Source: Octopus vulgaris (taxonomy: Eukaryota). Taken from it: 64,000 nt of DNA. Positions 14,278 to 27,000 of the stretch are shown here, piece after piece. Numbering within the stretch: the stretch's first letter is position 1; every line of letters begins with the position of its first letter. The stretch spans positions 59,458,001-59,522,000 of the forward strand of contig OX597827.1 in assembly GCA_951406725.2 (NCBI GenBank), given 5' to 3'. Position numbers and translations under genes: made by a program. Under the pieces are notes generated by a model. It was not told the origin of the DNA and ran no database searches. It saw only the letters and a program-made list of their open reading frames with translations.

Positions 14278-14799
14278 TCATACACACACACACACACACA
14301 CACGCGCTTATGCCTAATAGTTATTATATATCTCGTTTGTCATATTGACTCCCTACATAAAAACTGGAGACAAGTCTCCTGTGTGGTGTGGTGTTGTTTC
14401 TCCCTACCGGCGTCACTTTTCCCACCGCCCACCACAAGTATCACCATCACCACCATCGTCGGTGCTGCCGCCGACGCCGCCATTAAGATCTAAGAGACGA
14501 AAACTTTCTGTCTCTTTCTTTGTTTCCTTCTCTCTCTCTGTCTCTCTCTTTTTCTCTCTCGCAAACATGGCTGTTCTTGTTTTTAATGTTATCTGCGATT
14601 CTGTGTGAAGCATTTAAAAAGATACATGAGAAAGGATCGTCTTGAACTGGATAGATCATCTTTGGAATTGCTAGGTAGGCAAACACAGATATATAAGTAA
14701 AAAGACAGATAGATAGATAGTTAGATAAATAAAAAGGTAGATAGAGAGCGAGAAAGACAGATAGATGGATATATAGATAGAGAGATAGATAAACAAATA

Positions 14800-14890
14800 C
14801 AGTGTCTTGCTCAAGACACAACGCGTCGCTGGGAATTGAACTCACGACCTTACGATCGCGAGCCGAATGCCCTAACCGCTAAGCCATGCG

Positions 14891-14895
<5 letters not shown>
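14800..14895 (-). mobile_element. tRNA-derived SINE head (family D-like)
   Basis: Minus: gcgcatggcttagcggttagggcattcggctcgcgatcgtaaggtcgtgagttcaattcccagcgacgcgttgtgtcttgagcaagacact, with box A and box B. Confidence 0.75.
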
Positions 14896-14939
<44 letters not shown>

Positions 14940-15059
14940 CTATTATATATTTGCGAATATATTTGCGAAAAGGGCGGACGTTGTCTCACAAGCAGTTATG
15001 CGGGCAAAAGTGTTAGTAAATGTGGTTGGACTGACCTGAAAATTTGCACACCTACACCC

Positions 15060-15508
15060 TTACTCTTTTACTCTTTTACTTGTTTCAGTCATTTGACTGC
15101 GGCGGCCATGCTAGAGCACCGCCCTTAGTCGAGCAAATCGACCCCTAGGACTTACTCTTTGGAAGCCTAGTACTTATTCTATCGGTCTCTTTTGCCGATC
15201 CGCTAAGTTACGGGAACGTAAAGACACCTGCTTCGGTTGTCAAGCGATGTTGGGGGGGGACAAACACAGATGCACAAACATATACACACACATACATATA
15301 CATACACACACACACACACACATATATAGATACATACACATATATACGACGGACCTCTTTCAGTTTCCGTTTACCAAATCCACTCACAAGGCTTTGGTCG
15401 GCCCGAGGCTATGGTAGAAGACATTTGTCCAAGGTGCCACGCAGTGGGACTGAACCCGGAACCATACGGTTGGGAAGCAAGCTACTTACCATACAGCCAC
15501 TCCTGCTG
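15060..15508 (-). mobile_element. SINE family A, full-length reference copy
   Basis: Minus head gcaggagtggctgtatggtaagtagcttgcttcccaaccgtatggttccgggttcagtcccactgcgtggcaccttggacaaatgtcttc has box A TGGCTGTATGG and box B GGTTCAGTCC. It has an internal CA/TA linker and a 3' end with tandem AAAAGAGT repeats. Confidence 0.92.
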
Positions 15509-16157
15509 GGGAGTTTGCATGGCGTGGACTCTAGGGCAAAATTCCTCAACTTTAAAATGTGGCCAGAGTAGACCCGAATGAAATCGGGTTATAATACTAA
15601 TATATATATATATATATTATTCAATAAAACTTTGACTCTGCTCCGTACAACTTGAAGTTTCATAGCCTCGAAGAATGAATCTAGAACGACAAGTATCTGA
15701 AGATTTATAAGTTGCATAAAACTCTTAATAAAAGATGCATATATCTCCAACTAATTGTGCCGAGTTTCACATCCTTTCGTTTGTCCATTTACTCGTACGT
15801 AATTTAGAGTAAATTTTGACTGGCCACCGATTTGGTAGCAAGGTTGTGAAGGAAAGTGCCTTCTTTTAATCACCATCCTTTAAATATTAAAAAGGTGCTG
15901 CAGATTTTTATAGTCCCAGATATCGTGATCGATCATTTGTAGCCTAATGAATGAAGGATTTGCATTCATTCCTCAAGATCCAAAGCTCAGACGGGTTGGT
16001 ACGTATCCTGTGCTCCAATAGTAATAGATATGAAGCTGAAAGTGTATATTGGGCACTGGATTTGCAAACTCTTTATCAATGGTCCATAGATATACTCTTT
16101 CTCTTATATGTATGTATGTATGTATGGACACACACGCACACATACAAGTATGTGTGA

Positions 16158-16266
<109 letters not shown>

Positions 16267-16339
16267 GATATAATTTTTTTTTCGTAATGAGATAAAAAAA
16301 ACAAGGCCATGTAGATTTTAGAACATTTATAGATAAAAT

Positions 16340-16386
16340 GTCTTACAGCTGTTTCCAGGATATTTATTATTTCCCTTCATGGAGAC
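16340..16386 (-). ncRNA. Degenerate minimal hammerhead motif in a Penelope-like terminal-repeat fragment (about 16280-16470)
   Basis: Minus: GUCU-CCAUGA-AGGG-aaauaauaaaua-UCCU-G-GAAA-CAGCUG-UA-AGAC. Stems I and II and the palindromic CAGCUG stem III are present, but the CUGAUGA core is damaged. Confidence 0.55.
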
Positions 16387-16632
16387 GGTGTGAGAGGATA
16401 GTTAAGTAATACTTAATTTAGATAAGATACAAAATAGAGAGTGAGGTGGAGGAAAGAAAATAGATATACACACGTATGCGTGATATACAACAACAACAGC
16501 AATAATAATAATTTAAAAAGGATTGACGTAACTCTTCACAACGGCAAACAGAGCGCGATTCAATTGTAATAGATATTTTATTGGTTGAACGATATTTCGA
16601 CAGTAAGTCTGTCTTTGTCACAACTGCTGCTG

Positions 16633-16698
<66 letters not shown>

Positions 16699-16721
16699 AT
16701 AATAATAATAATAATAATAAT

Positions 16722-16923
16722 CTTTCCTACTATAGGCACAAGGCCTGAAATTTGGGGAAAGGCGACTAGTCGGTTACATCTCTTCAGTGTTTCGCTGGCA
16801 CTTAATTTATCGATCTCGAAAGGATGAAAGGCAAAGTCATCCTCGGCAGAATTTGAATTCAGACTGACGAAATACCGCTAAGCATTTTGCCCGGGTTGCC
16901 AACGATTCTGCCAGCTCACTACC

Positions 16924-16926
<3 letters not shown>
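16722..16926 (-). mobile_element. tRNA-derived SINE family C, (TAA)-associated tail variant
   Basis: Minus: aaggtagtgagctggcagaatcgttggcaacccgggcaaaatgcttagcggtatttcgtcagtctgaattcaaattctgccgaggatgactttgcctttcatcctttcgagatcgataaatt... Confidence 0.85.
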
Positions 16927-16981
<55 letters not shown>

Positions 16982-17075
16982 TAATAATAATAATATTATA
17001 GAAAGATAAATAGAAAGCAAGAGGGCAAGACAAGAAGCAAAAGAGTTATAGACATTTTATGACCAGTGAGGGGAG

Positions 17076-17112
<37 letters not shown>

Positions 17113-17248
17113 CAGTAGGGAGAGAGAGACAAGGGACAGACACTGGAGCCTGACACATAACTAATTTAAAACGTAGAGCTAGATGGGCGTATAGATAAAA
17201 ACGGTTTAGTAGTAGTAGTAGTAGTAGTATATGCATACTCAGACACAC

Positions 17249-17318
<70 letters not shown>

Positions 17319-17489
17319 ATATATATAGTATATACATGAAGTTGTGACTATGTGACATGGAGAACGCCGACGACAATGATGATGATGATGATGGTTATGA
17401 TGATGATGGTGATGATGATTGTGATGATGATGATGGTGATGCTGCTGCTGCTGCTGATGATGATGATGACGATGAGGATGATGCATATT

Positions 17490-18120
17490 ATGTGCCGAAG
17501 TACGTGTCTCAACACGAAACTCTAGCAGCTCCGAGTAACGTATATTCTCAGCTAATAAATTTGCTGATTAGACCTATCTCTCGCTTTACATGGACTTAAT
17601 TAAGCTGTACTTGGGGGTTAGCGGTAAAAATTTTTCTTTGTGGTCCTTGAGAGTTAGGTACGTACAACTCTCGCTTATCTGTTGTCTAATTTAATTTTAT
17701 GGGCATGAGCTTTCGCTTCAGTGTAATGTTGTTATATGTGTGTGTGTATGTATATCTTTAGCTTTTAGTGATGTTCTCGTTAAGTAACCGTTTATGTTCG
17801 GTATTATCTATTTCATTTGGGGCATATGTCTTCTTATCACAGAACATAAAAGCATTTTATTAGTAGTAGTTTTAAATTTCTTAACATCAAACTCTACACT
17901 GCTTTGACAAATTTCTGTTGAAGTTTTAGAAAGCCATTTCTCAACTGCATTAAAAGTGTGCTGCTAGAAATTTCATCCCAATTCATTGTGGTCTGTTGTT
18001 ATCTTGTTTTCAACCGACATTTTCGTATAGCAAATCCCTTTATCATCTTTTGCATTTTAAGAACACACACACTCAATCGGAGCTTTGAATACTACTTTGT
18101 ATATATCTGAATTAATTCCT
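17490..18120 (-). pseudogene. Decayed Penelope-like element (PLE) reverse-transcriptase N-terminal fragment
   Basis: Piecing minus frames across frameshifts gives AFMFCDKKTY..IDNTEHKRLLNENITKS*..TEAKAHAHKIKLDNR..TYLTLKDHKEKF..PKYSLI..PCK-SEIGLISKFI. This matches the DK...LL.ENITK.Y / TLKDHK..F...PKCRLINP.KSEIG.ISK pattern of invertebrate PLE RTs (from memory). Confidence 0.75.
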
Positions 18121-18529
18121 TAAGATGCTTTCCGCAACCTTCCATTTGCAAGTACATTCTACACACACACGCACACACACACACACACACATACACACAC
18201 ACACACACACACATACACACACACACACACATACACACACACACATATATGTATGTATGTATGTATGCATGCTTGCATGTATATATGTATGTATGTATGT
18301 GTGTGTGTGTGTATATGCATGTATGTATGTATGTATGTATGTATGTATGTATGTATGTATATATGTATGAATGTATGTATGTATGTATGTATGTATGTAT
18401 TTATGTATGTATATATTTATATATGTATGTATATATGTATGAATGTATTTATGTATGTATGTATGTATGTATGTATGTATGTATGTATGTATGTATGTAT
18501 GTATGTATCACTAGCAGTACCGTTAATTA

Positions 18530-18700
18530 AGACACGTTTTTTTCTTACCGTTTTTTTCTCTCCTCATTGATTTTTGTAGAAGAACATCGGCTCGAAACGT
18601 TAAGAACTTCCATTCTTCTTAAGCTTTAAACTATCCCCACCACTGTTTCTGGTGTTTTCACCTGTTACTGTTTTTTGTATACATTTTGTATATTCTTGAA
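18530..18700 (+). mobile_element. Diverged copy of the ~185-bp hammerhead-bearing PLE-type element
   Basis: tttttgtagaagaacatcggctcgaaacgttaag (18571-18604) and the downstream cacctgt..ttttgt are collinear with 57335-57515. Confidence 0.55.
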
Positions 18701-18789
18701 CAAAATATTTTTAATAAATAAATAAATATATATACAATATATACAGGATGCAATGGTATATATATATATAATATATATATATATATACA

Positions 18790-19120
18790 TGTAGGGTGCG
18801 ATGGGTGACCACATGGCCTCTAACCTCTGGCCAAATAACTCCCCAGGCTGTAAACCCCTTAATTATTATGTGTGGGGCGCAGTTGAACGAGAGACCAACA
18901 AAACTCCTTGTAACACCAAAGATGAACTGAAGGCAAGGATTATGGCAGCATTCATCAACTTAAACAAGGAGACCTTCCAGAAGTATTGCAGAAGATTCCG
19001 AAGTCGTCTGGAGGCCGTGGTTGAAGCAATGGCGATTTTATTGAATAAATTTACTCTTTAGTATTTCAAGATATTTTTATGTTAAAATGCGATGTCAGGG
19101 CTATTTTGATTTTTGCATAG
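18790..19120 (+). mobile_element. maT (DD37D) transposon 3' fragment
   Basis: DHMASNLWPNNSPGCKPLNYYVWGAVERETNKTPCNTKDELKARIMAAF..., visibly homologous to 6000-6330. A TIR-like start (tagggtgcgatgggt) is fused directly to the C-terminal coding part. Confidence 0.88.
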
Positions 19121-19421
19121 TTGCCCGCTGTTTTTCTAATGCTCGAAATACGGATTAGAAAAACAGCCGGCAACTGATGAAGGATCGTTATTTATGTTGC
19201 TTGACTTGTTTTCCATTTGCTTCTTTCGTTGTTCGCAAAATAAGGTCATATTCCATGTATTCGTATTTCGTATTTCATGTTTTCGTATTTTTTGTTGTTT
19301 ACGTTCTGTGACGTCCTGCGCCCACATATGCATATGTATATACGTATATATGTAAGTATGTACATATACGTATGTATATATGCATATATATATATTATTT
19401 ATATATATATATATATATATA

Positions 19422-19607
19422 TAGGGAGAGTTTACGAAAACACAAAAGACTAAGACAGGTGGTGTACAAAACAAACAGATCTATTAGTATAACGCTCAGG
19501 AATAGAAAAAGTCTTTTACGTTTCGAGCCTACGATCTTCTGCAGAAAAGGACACAGAAAAAACAGGGAGAGAAAAAATGTGTGTAGTGGCTAACGATCTA
19601 TCATGGT

Positions 19608-19610
<3 letters not shown>
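19422..19610 (-). mobile_element. ~185-bp hammerhead-bearing PLE-type element within (TA)n
   Basis: Reverse complement of 57335-57515. Motif on the minus strand: CUUUU-CUGCAGA-AGAUC-GUAG-GCUC-GAAA-CGUA-AAAG (19513-19549). Confidence 0.7.
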
Positions 19611-19665
<55 letters not shown>

Positions 19666-20032
19666 CTTTATGACCCACCTTCCAAGGGAAACAACCGATA
19701 ATTGTAGGAGTAAATTATCCCCTCCTTATACAACTATGTTTCGTAAGGACAGGAAAACAAATACTTCGAAAATGGCCACTTAAATGACTACACGTGTGTT
19801 TTGTAATCGTCTGATGATCCTATGGTGTAACAGTGATGATTCTAACAGGAATTTTATGTGTAGACATTTGGTGAAACTCAGAGTAAACGACATTACCAGC
19901 TTTGGAGTCAATTATAAATCACACACATGTACGCCCAAATACATGCGCACATGTATACATACATACGTACATACATACACATACGTACATACATACATAC
20001 ACATACGTACATACATACATACACATACATAT

Positions 20033-20076
<44 letters not shown>

Positions 20077-20400
20077 ATATATTCATATATACATATATTT
20101 ATATATACATGCGCAACACATACACACACACATACGCACGCGTACACACACACACACACATACGCATGCGTACACACACATGCACACATGCACGCACACA
20201 CGCACGCGCACACGCATACAATGTAAATGAGAAAATAGAAACGACAAGATTCAAAGCAGAAATGATAACAAAGACAGAAGCAACAACAAAGGAAAAGAAA
20301 AGAAAAAGAAAGACAAAACAAAACAAAACAAAAACAAAAAAAAATGCCAAGAACAAGAACAAGGACACGAAGAAGAAGAAACGGATGAAACAGCAGCAGC

Positions 20401-20446
<46 letters not shown>

Positions 20447-21921
20447 AAGAAAGAAGAAGATGGACGACGATGACAACGATGATAATAATGATGATGATGA
20501 TGATGATGATGAAGATGAGGAGGAGGTGGAGGTGGAGGACTAAGAAACGAAGACAAAAATGAAAGGCGACTACGTCATCAAAAAACAAAAGAGAAAACGA
20601 GAAACATGGACGACGATAAGATCATGGGTTGGTTGGCGCCAGGAGAACTTGTTTTAGCTACCAACACACATTCGCTGTCACCGCCATTAACATCCAGCTC
20701 CACCGCCGCGGTCACCGCCACCGGCAGGAGCACCATTACCATCATCATCATCATCACCTCTGCTACTTCATCTACCACTACGACCATCATCGCGTACTCA
20801 TAACGCTTCTTTCTGCCATCCACCGTACCCCCAAAGGGGTACACTATACGCCATACACTGGCACCAATACCAATACTACTACCAATACCACTACAACCAC
20901 CACCACCACCACTACCACCACCGCCACTACCATTGCAACCATCACTACCACTGCCACCACTACCACTGCCACCACCACCACCACCACCATCGCCGCCGTA
21001 AGCTCCAACAGAACCAAACACAGACACACCACTAAAGTCTCCTTTCTTCACTATCATCGCAACCACCAGCCAGCAGCACCTCTACCACTTATTCCCCACC
21101 CCACCCCGCCACTATCCCCACCATCATTACAATCACTTTAATTACCACTGCCACAGCCACACACGATTTATATCGTTCTCACCACCACCACTGCAGCCAC
21201 CCTCACTACCACACCACTACCACTACAACCATTCATGCATCTATCGTCGTCACCACCACCACCGCCACCATCACCATCACTACCATTAGTACCACCACCA
21301 CCACCACTATAACTATCACTTGTACTCCTTCTGCTCCGCCCACTACCTCCACAACTACCATTCATACTCCACCCGCCACCACCACCACTACTACCACCAC
21401 CACCGCCACAATTTCCATTCCAACCACCATTTCCATCTTCCACTACAACTGTGACAAAAAACCCTACCACTTACCACCACCACCACCAGCATCCTCACCC
21501 CATCCCCCTCCATCCACTACCATTACAACTACTACCATTAAACCCGTCAACTCCACCACAAACAAACTTCATCCACCACTATTTTTTTTGTTTACCCTAA
21601 AAAAAAACGAGGTAGCAGCCCTCTACAAAATACCACACCCCATACAAAATAATTGAAATGGAAAAAAAAAGGGACAACTGTTTTGAGGGTATTGGCGGAG
21701 GTAGATATGGTGGCGTTGCTTGTCGTAAGTGCGGTGGTAATAGGGGTAGTGTTGTTGTTGCTGTTGCTGTTGTTGGTATTGATGTTGATGTGATGGTGGT
21801 AGTGGTGCTGATGATGTTAGTAGGAGTAGTAATAGTGAGGTAGCGGTTAGGAGTGATGTTGTCGAAGTAATGGCGGTGGTGATGGTGTTGGAATATTTTT
21901 TGTTATTCATAATTAGGTTTT

Positions 21922-22060
21922 AAAGGCGGCGAATCGGCAGAGTCGTTAAAGCGTTGGATAAAATGCTTTGCAGCATTTTTTCCAGCTTCTCTGCTCTCTG
22001 AGTTCAAATCTCACAGAGGTCAGCTTTGCTTTTCTGTCGTCGTTTCTGGGTCATATATAA
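21922..22060 (+). mobile_element. SINE family C, diverged 5' part
   Basis: aaggcggcgaatcggcagagtcgttaaagcg...ctgagttcaaatctcacagaggtcagctttgctttt. Confidence 0.7.
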
Positions 22061-22111
22061 TAAAAGGTAATCCACAATGGTTGATTAACATTGCGGTATT
22101 TGTTCTAGCGT

Positions 22112-22375
22112 GTGAGGGCGCATGGCCTAGTATTTAAGGTGTTGCATTCACGATCACAAGATCACGGGTTGAGTTCCCTGGATCGGGTGGTGCGTTGCAT
22201 TCTGAGCAAAACACTTCATCTCACGTTGCTCTGTCATCACTTCAACACCTGACGTGTGATACACCGTGTACCTGTTCAGGCAACGTCGATTTGATGGAGG
22301 GAGTGGGCTAATGCACAGAACATACATTTGGTCACAAGAAACAAATCATTTGTGAAGGTTGAATCGTCTTTATCG
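22112..22375 (+). mobile_element. tRNA-derived SINE (family D-like head, different tail)
   Basis: gagggcgcatggcctagtatttaaggtgttgcattcacgatcacaagatcacgggttgagttccctggatcgggtgg..ctgagcaaaacacttcatctcacgttgctc. Confidence 0.65.
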
Positions 22376-23270
22376 GACTACGACAAGATTACTCTTATCG
22401 TTTGTTCAAGCTCTGTGCTTTTTGACAGCAACATCTACAATGACACCGATGCCAGGTGTTTTACCTGAAGTCGGCGGTTTTTACATCGGTGATGTGAAGA
22501 GAGGAGGGTTGTAAACATGGGTAACAGTCAGTCTTCCTCGAAACATCTTGCCCAGCCCTGCGCATATGTACGAGTGCAACATGTGCAAAAATTAATGGTT
22601 CAATCACGAACTGATTGATGTCCAATGAACAAGAAGACCGAAGTTTAATAGTGAGTTCCAAATACCTGTTTGAGGATTGTCCGGATAATGTCACACCCGA
22701 AATTTCTGTACGTCTCTCTGTATCTGTCCCTCTCTCTCTTTCTCTCTCCATCTCCCTCTCTTTCGTTGCTCATACGTGACCATTGTTCATTTTTCTTTTC
22801 CTCACGTACCCATCTTTCTTTTCTTGCAGGGACGTTCAAAAGAACGGACATGGTTTTTCTCTCTCTCTTCTATTTTTTCTCTTTAAAAAAAAAATGTTTC
22901 TCTCAGCATTCACTTTTCCCCCTCGTTCTGGTCTAACGACTCCCCATGTTTGTTTTCGTTCGGTTTCCTTGTATGTGTCCACTGTCATGTTTTTGCACCC
23001 AACTTTGGCCCTCCATAAAACCTAAATTTTATTTTAGAATTTATGTGAGTAACTGTCTTTGAAGACTCATATTGTCGTTGAATGCTCGATAACCGATGAA
23101 GAAGAGTCCTTTCTCTGTGTCTACTTTCTTCCATTTTATCCTATTTTCCACCTTTTCTCGTTGTTTACGTATTTAACTAATTTGTTTGCGTATTTCATGT
23201 TGTTTGCACTGTTGGTGACGCCCTGTACCCATACATACTTACATAAATATATACATACATACATACATAT

Positions 23271-23303
<33 letters not shown>

Positions 23304-23338
23304 TACATACATACATACATATATATATATATATGTAT

Positions 23339-23381
<43 letters not shown>

Positions 23382-23454
23382 GTGTATATATATTATTATA
23401 TATATATATGTATGTGAATGCATGTTTGAGTGTGTATGTGTATATGTGGATGTG

Positions 23455-23625
23455 TGTGAATGTGTGGCTTTGTGTCTGTTCCCTACCACCGCTTGGCAAC
23501 TGGTGTTGGTTTGTTTACTGATGGAGAGGCTGTTAAAATAAGTACTGGGGTTGATTTCTTCGACTAAAACCTTCAAAGTGGTGCCACAGCTTGGCCACAG
23601 TCTAATGACTGAAGCAAGTAAATTT
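23455..23625 (+). mobile_element. SINE family A, 3' fragment
   Basis: accaccgcttggcaactggtgttggtttgtttac...ggccacagtctaatgactgaagcaagtaaa. Confidence 0.75.
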
Positions 23626-24479
23626 ATATATAAAAATAAATTAAAATGTTGACGATCTGTATATTTTTTATAATGCGCCTGCTAAACAACAACTACGAGA
23701 GTTCTACGGAGAAATCATGAAATCCGAAAGACAAACACACAAAGAATGGAAGCATAAAAGAAAGAAAGAATAAAGGAATGGAAAAATGACATGACGAAAC
23801 GGGTGAAAGACACCAAGGATTCTAAAACAGTAAATAGAAACAGGCAGACAAGATGGCAGGCAATGAAGAAAACGTAAAGAAACAGTAAATAAAAAAAGTA
23901 AATAAAGCAAAAGAAAAACAAATAGTAAAATTAATAAATAGAATAAAATAAATGAAATGAAATAAACTAATAAAATCAAGACGAAGAAAATGGCGGAAAG
24001 CAAAAAAAGGAGGTAGATGGGAAAAACAATAAGAACAATTATAATAATAGTATAAAAAAAGGTCCTAAATAGGCCCCTATAAATATAAACTGTCTGCGGA
24101 ATCCTTAGAATAACGTGAAACCTATCAGACTATGGAGAAGTGAAAAAAAAAAAAAAAGAAAAGAAAAAGAAAAAGAAAAAAACAAAGAAAAGACACTTGG
24201 ACTTTGTAACACAAAAAATATTTGAAACATATAAATGTAAGGAGCAGACGATAAAATAACTTTTCCTGCATGAGTTTATATTATAGGTAACCACTGTTAG
24301 AATTTACTTTCTTTTTGTGTGTGAATATGCTCGCATGTGTGTATGTGCGCGTAGGCACACATATATATACATACATATTAATGTAATATTTGTGTGTGTG
24401 TGTGTATATATATATATTTATATATGCATGTGTGGGTATGGGTGCATGAATGTATTTATAATATTATGTAGTTATGGAT

Positions 24480-24576
<97 letters not shown>

Positions 24577-24579
24577 TCA

Positions 24580-24770
24580 TCTTTTGTTTCAGTCATTTGG
24601 ACCATGACCTATGCTGGGGCACATACTTCAAGGGTTTAGTCGAACAAATTGACACCAATACTCATTTTTTGAAAGCTTGGTACTTATTTTGTATGTTGTT
24701 TTTGCCGAACGGCTAAGTTACGGTCATGTAAACAAGCCAGAACCGATTATCAAGAGATGGTAGAAGGCAT
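24580..24770 (-). mobile_element. SINE family A, 3' half
   Basis: ttgtttcagtcatttggaccatg...tttgccgaacggctaagttacgg. Confidence 0.75.
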
Positions 24771-25043
24771 ACGCAAATAAAAATCCATAAACATATAGAT
24801 ACATACATATATACACTCCCCACCACACACACGGAACCATATATGAACGAACAAACAAACCGCCAAATAACACAAATAAACTTTCAAGAGTTACTATTAA
24901 AATAAAAGGCAAGGTTATGAACAGTGCTTCTTTAGGTTTTGTATACATATACATGCATGTATACATACATATATTCATGCATACATACATACACACACGT
25001 ACATGCATGCATACATACACACATACATACATACATACATACA

Positions 25044-25079
<36 letters not shown>

Positions 25080-25095
25080 TATATATAAATATATT

Positions 25096-25418
25096 CGCTG
25101 TGTGGTAAGTAGGGCCGACCAATGCCTTGTGAGTGAATTTGGTAGACGGAAACTGAAAGAAGCCTGTCGTATATATGTATATATATATGTATGTGTATGT
25201 ATGTGTTTGTGTGTCTGTGTTTGTCTCCCTAGCATTGCTTGACAACCGATGCTGGTGTGTTTACGCCCCCGTTACTTAGCGGTTCGGCAAAAGAGACCGA
25301 TAGAATAAGTACTGGGCTTACAAAAGAATAAGTCCCGGGGTCGATTTGCTCGACTAAAAGCGGTGCTCCAGCATGGCCGCAGTCAAATGACTGAAACAAG
25401 TAAAAGAGTAAAAGAGTA
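25096..25418 (+). mobile_element. SINE family A with most of the tRNA head deleted
   Basis: gctgtgtggtaagtag joined directly to ggccgaccaatgccttgtgagtg. The 3' part is well conserved and ends gaaacaagtaaaagagtaaaagagtaa. Confidence 0.88.
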
Positions 25419-26251
25419 ATATATGATAATGATTTTATTTTTGCGTCTTTTTCTGTTCTTGCTTCACAAACATAGTCAACACCCTCCTCCTCCTCCTCCT
25501 CCTCCTCCACCTTCACCACCTCCTCCTCCATCTCTTTCTCCAGTCCGGCATAAATTAGAGAGAGAAAGAGCCGTTATAGTTTCTCCAGCTATTAGCGACA
25601 GGAATTAGCCTGTCCACATGATATTTGCAATAATCATGAAAAATAATTTAATCGGATGTTTGAGTTGAGTTTGAAGACTTCTTTTTTGATTAAATACGCA
25701 GGCATTGTTATATGCCGTCGCCGTTAAACGGTGTCGGGGTTCTTTGGGTTAAGGCCGGGTGGAGCCGAGCGCTTAGTATACGTTGGAGAGAATGCGGTAG
25801 TGGTGGTGGGGGAAAAGAAAGCATTTAATTTTATTTGTGTATTTTTCTACCCTTAGGCATGTCAATTAACTCTAGTTGCCAACGCTTGCATTGCATTTTG
25901 AATTATACTAATGAGTCCAAGTGGGAGAATTTGTAAACTTTGATTAAACTATCTACAGTCAGCCCTTCACCCTTACACACACAAAGACGCCACTAAACTC
26001 ACAAGCGAGAAGACACACACACACACTTGCGCGTCGAGCACACACATACTCGTGCGTCGAGCACACACACACACAAAAAACATATATGTATATGTATACA
26101 TATACGTATACATTTGCATACATACATGTATATACACACACAAACACACACACGTATATAAAACGCCAAGACGTCTGATGGACCCGCCATTACTTTTGGT
26201 GTATCTGGGATGATGATGATGATGATGAGGAGGAGGAGGAGGAGGAAGAGG

Positions 26252-26331
<80 letters not shown>

Positions 26332-26405
26332 AATAATAATAATAATAATAATAATCTGTTGTATCTGGGTAGAGTCATTCTCTTTTAGTGCCTTATGATT
26401 TAACA

Positions 26406-26526
26406 CACTCACCGGTAAAATTTCCATTCATTTCCTTCTTTATTTTTCCAAAATTTTCATTGCGTCTTGCAACGAAAATTTTAGAGAAATAAATAAGTAA
26501 ATGAGTGGAAATTTTACTGGTGAGTG
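26406..26526. repeat. Long inverted repeat, 58-bp arms with 5-nt loop
   Basis: 26406-26463 versus the reverse complement of 26469-26526: 51/58 identical by manual alignment. Confidence 0.9.
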
Positions 26527-26596
26527 CGGCACAACAGAATATACTTCAACACATGAACTCACATAAAGAGTCTTGCAAACCAAATCCAAAATTATA

Positions 26597-27000
26597 ATAA
26601 TCCTTTCTGCTGGAAGCACAAGGCCTCAAATTTGGGGGAAGGGATTAAGTTGATTATATCGACCCCACTGCGTAACTGGTACTTATTTAATCGATCCCGA
26701 AAGGATGAAAGGCAAAGTCGACCTCGGCGGAATTTGAACTCAGAACGTAGTCACGGGCAAAATACCTATTTCTTTACTACCCAAAAGGGTCTAAACACAG
26801 AGGGGACAAACAAGGACAGACAAAGGGATTAAGTCGATTATATCGACCTCAGTGCGTAACTGGTACTTATTTAATCGACCCCGAAAGGATGAAAGGCAAA
26901 GTCGACCTCGGCGGAATTTGATCTCAAAACGTAACGGCAGACGAAATACGGCTACGCATTTCGCCCGGCGTGCTAACGTTTCTGCCAGCATGCCGCCTTA
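26597..27000 (-). mobile_element. SINE family C dimer
   Basis: Head at about 26997 and two copies of the gttctgagttcaaattccgccgaggtcgactttgcctttcatcctttcgggg core, joined at aaagaaata|ggtattt. A further partial copy lies at 27005-27160. Confidence 0.9.
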
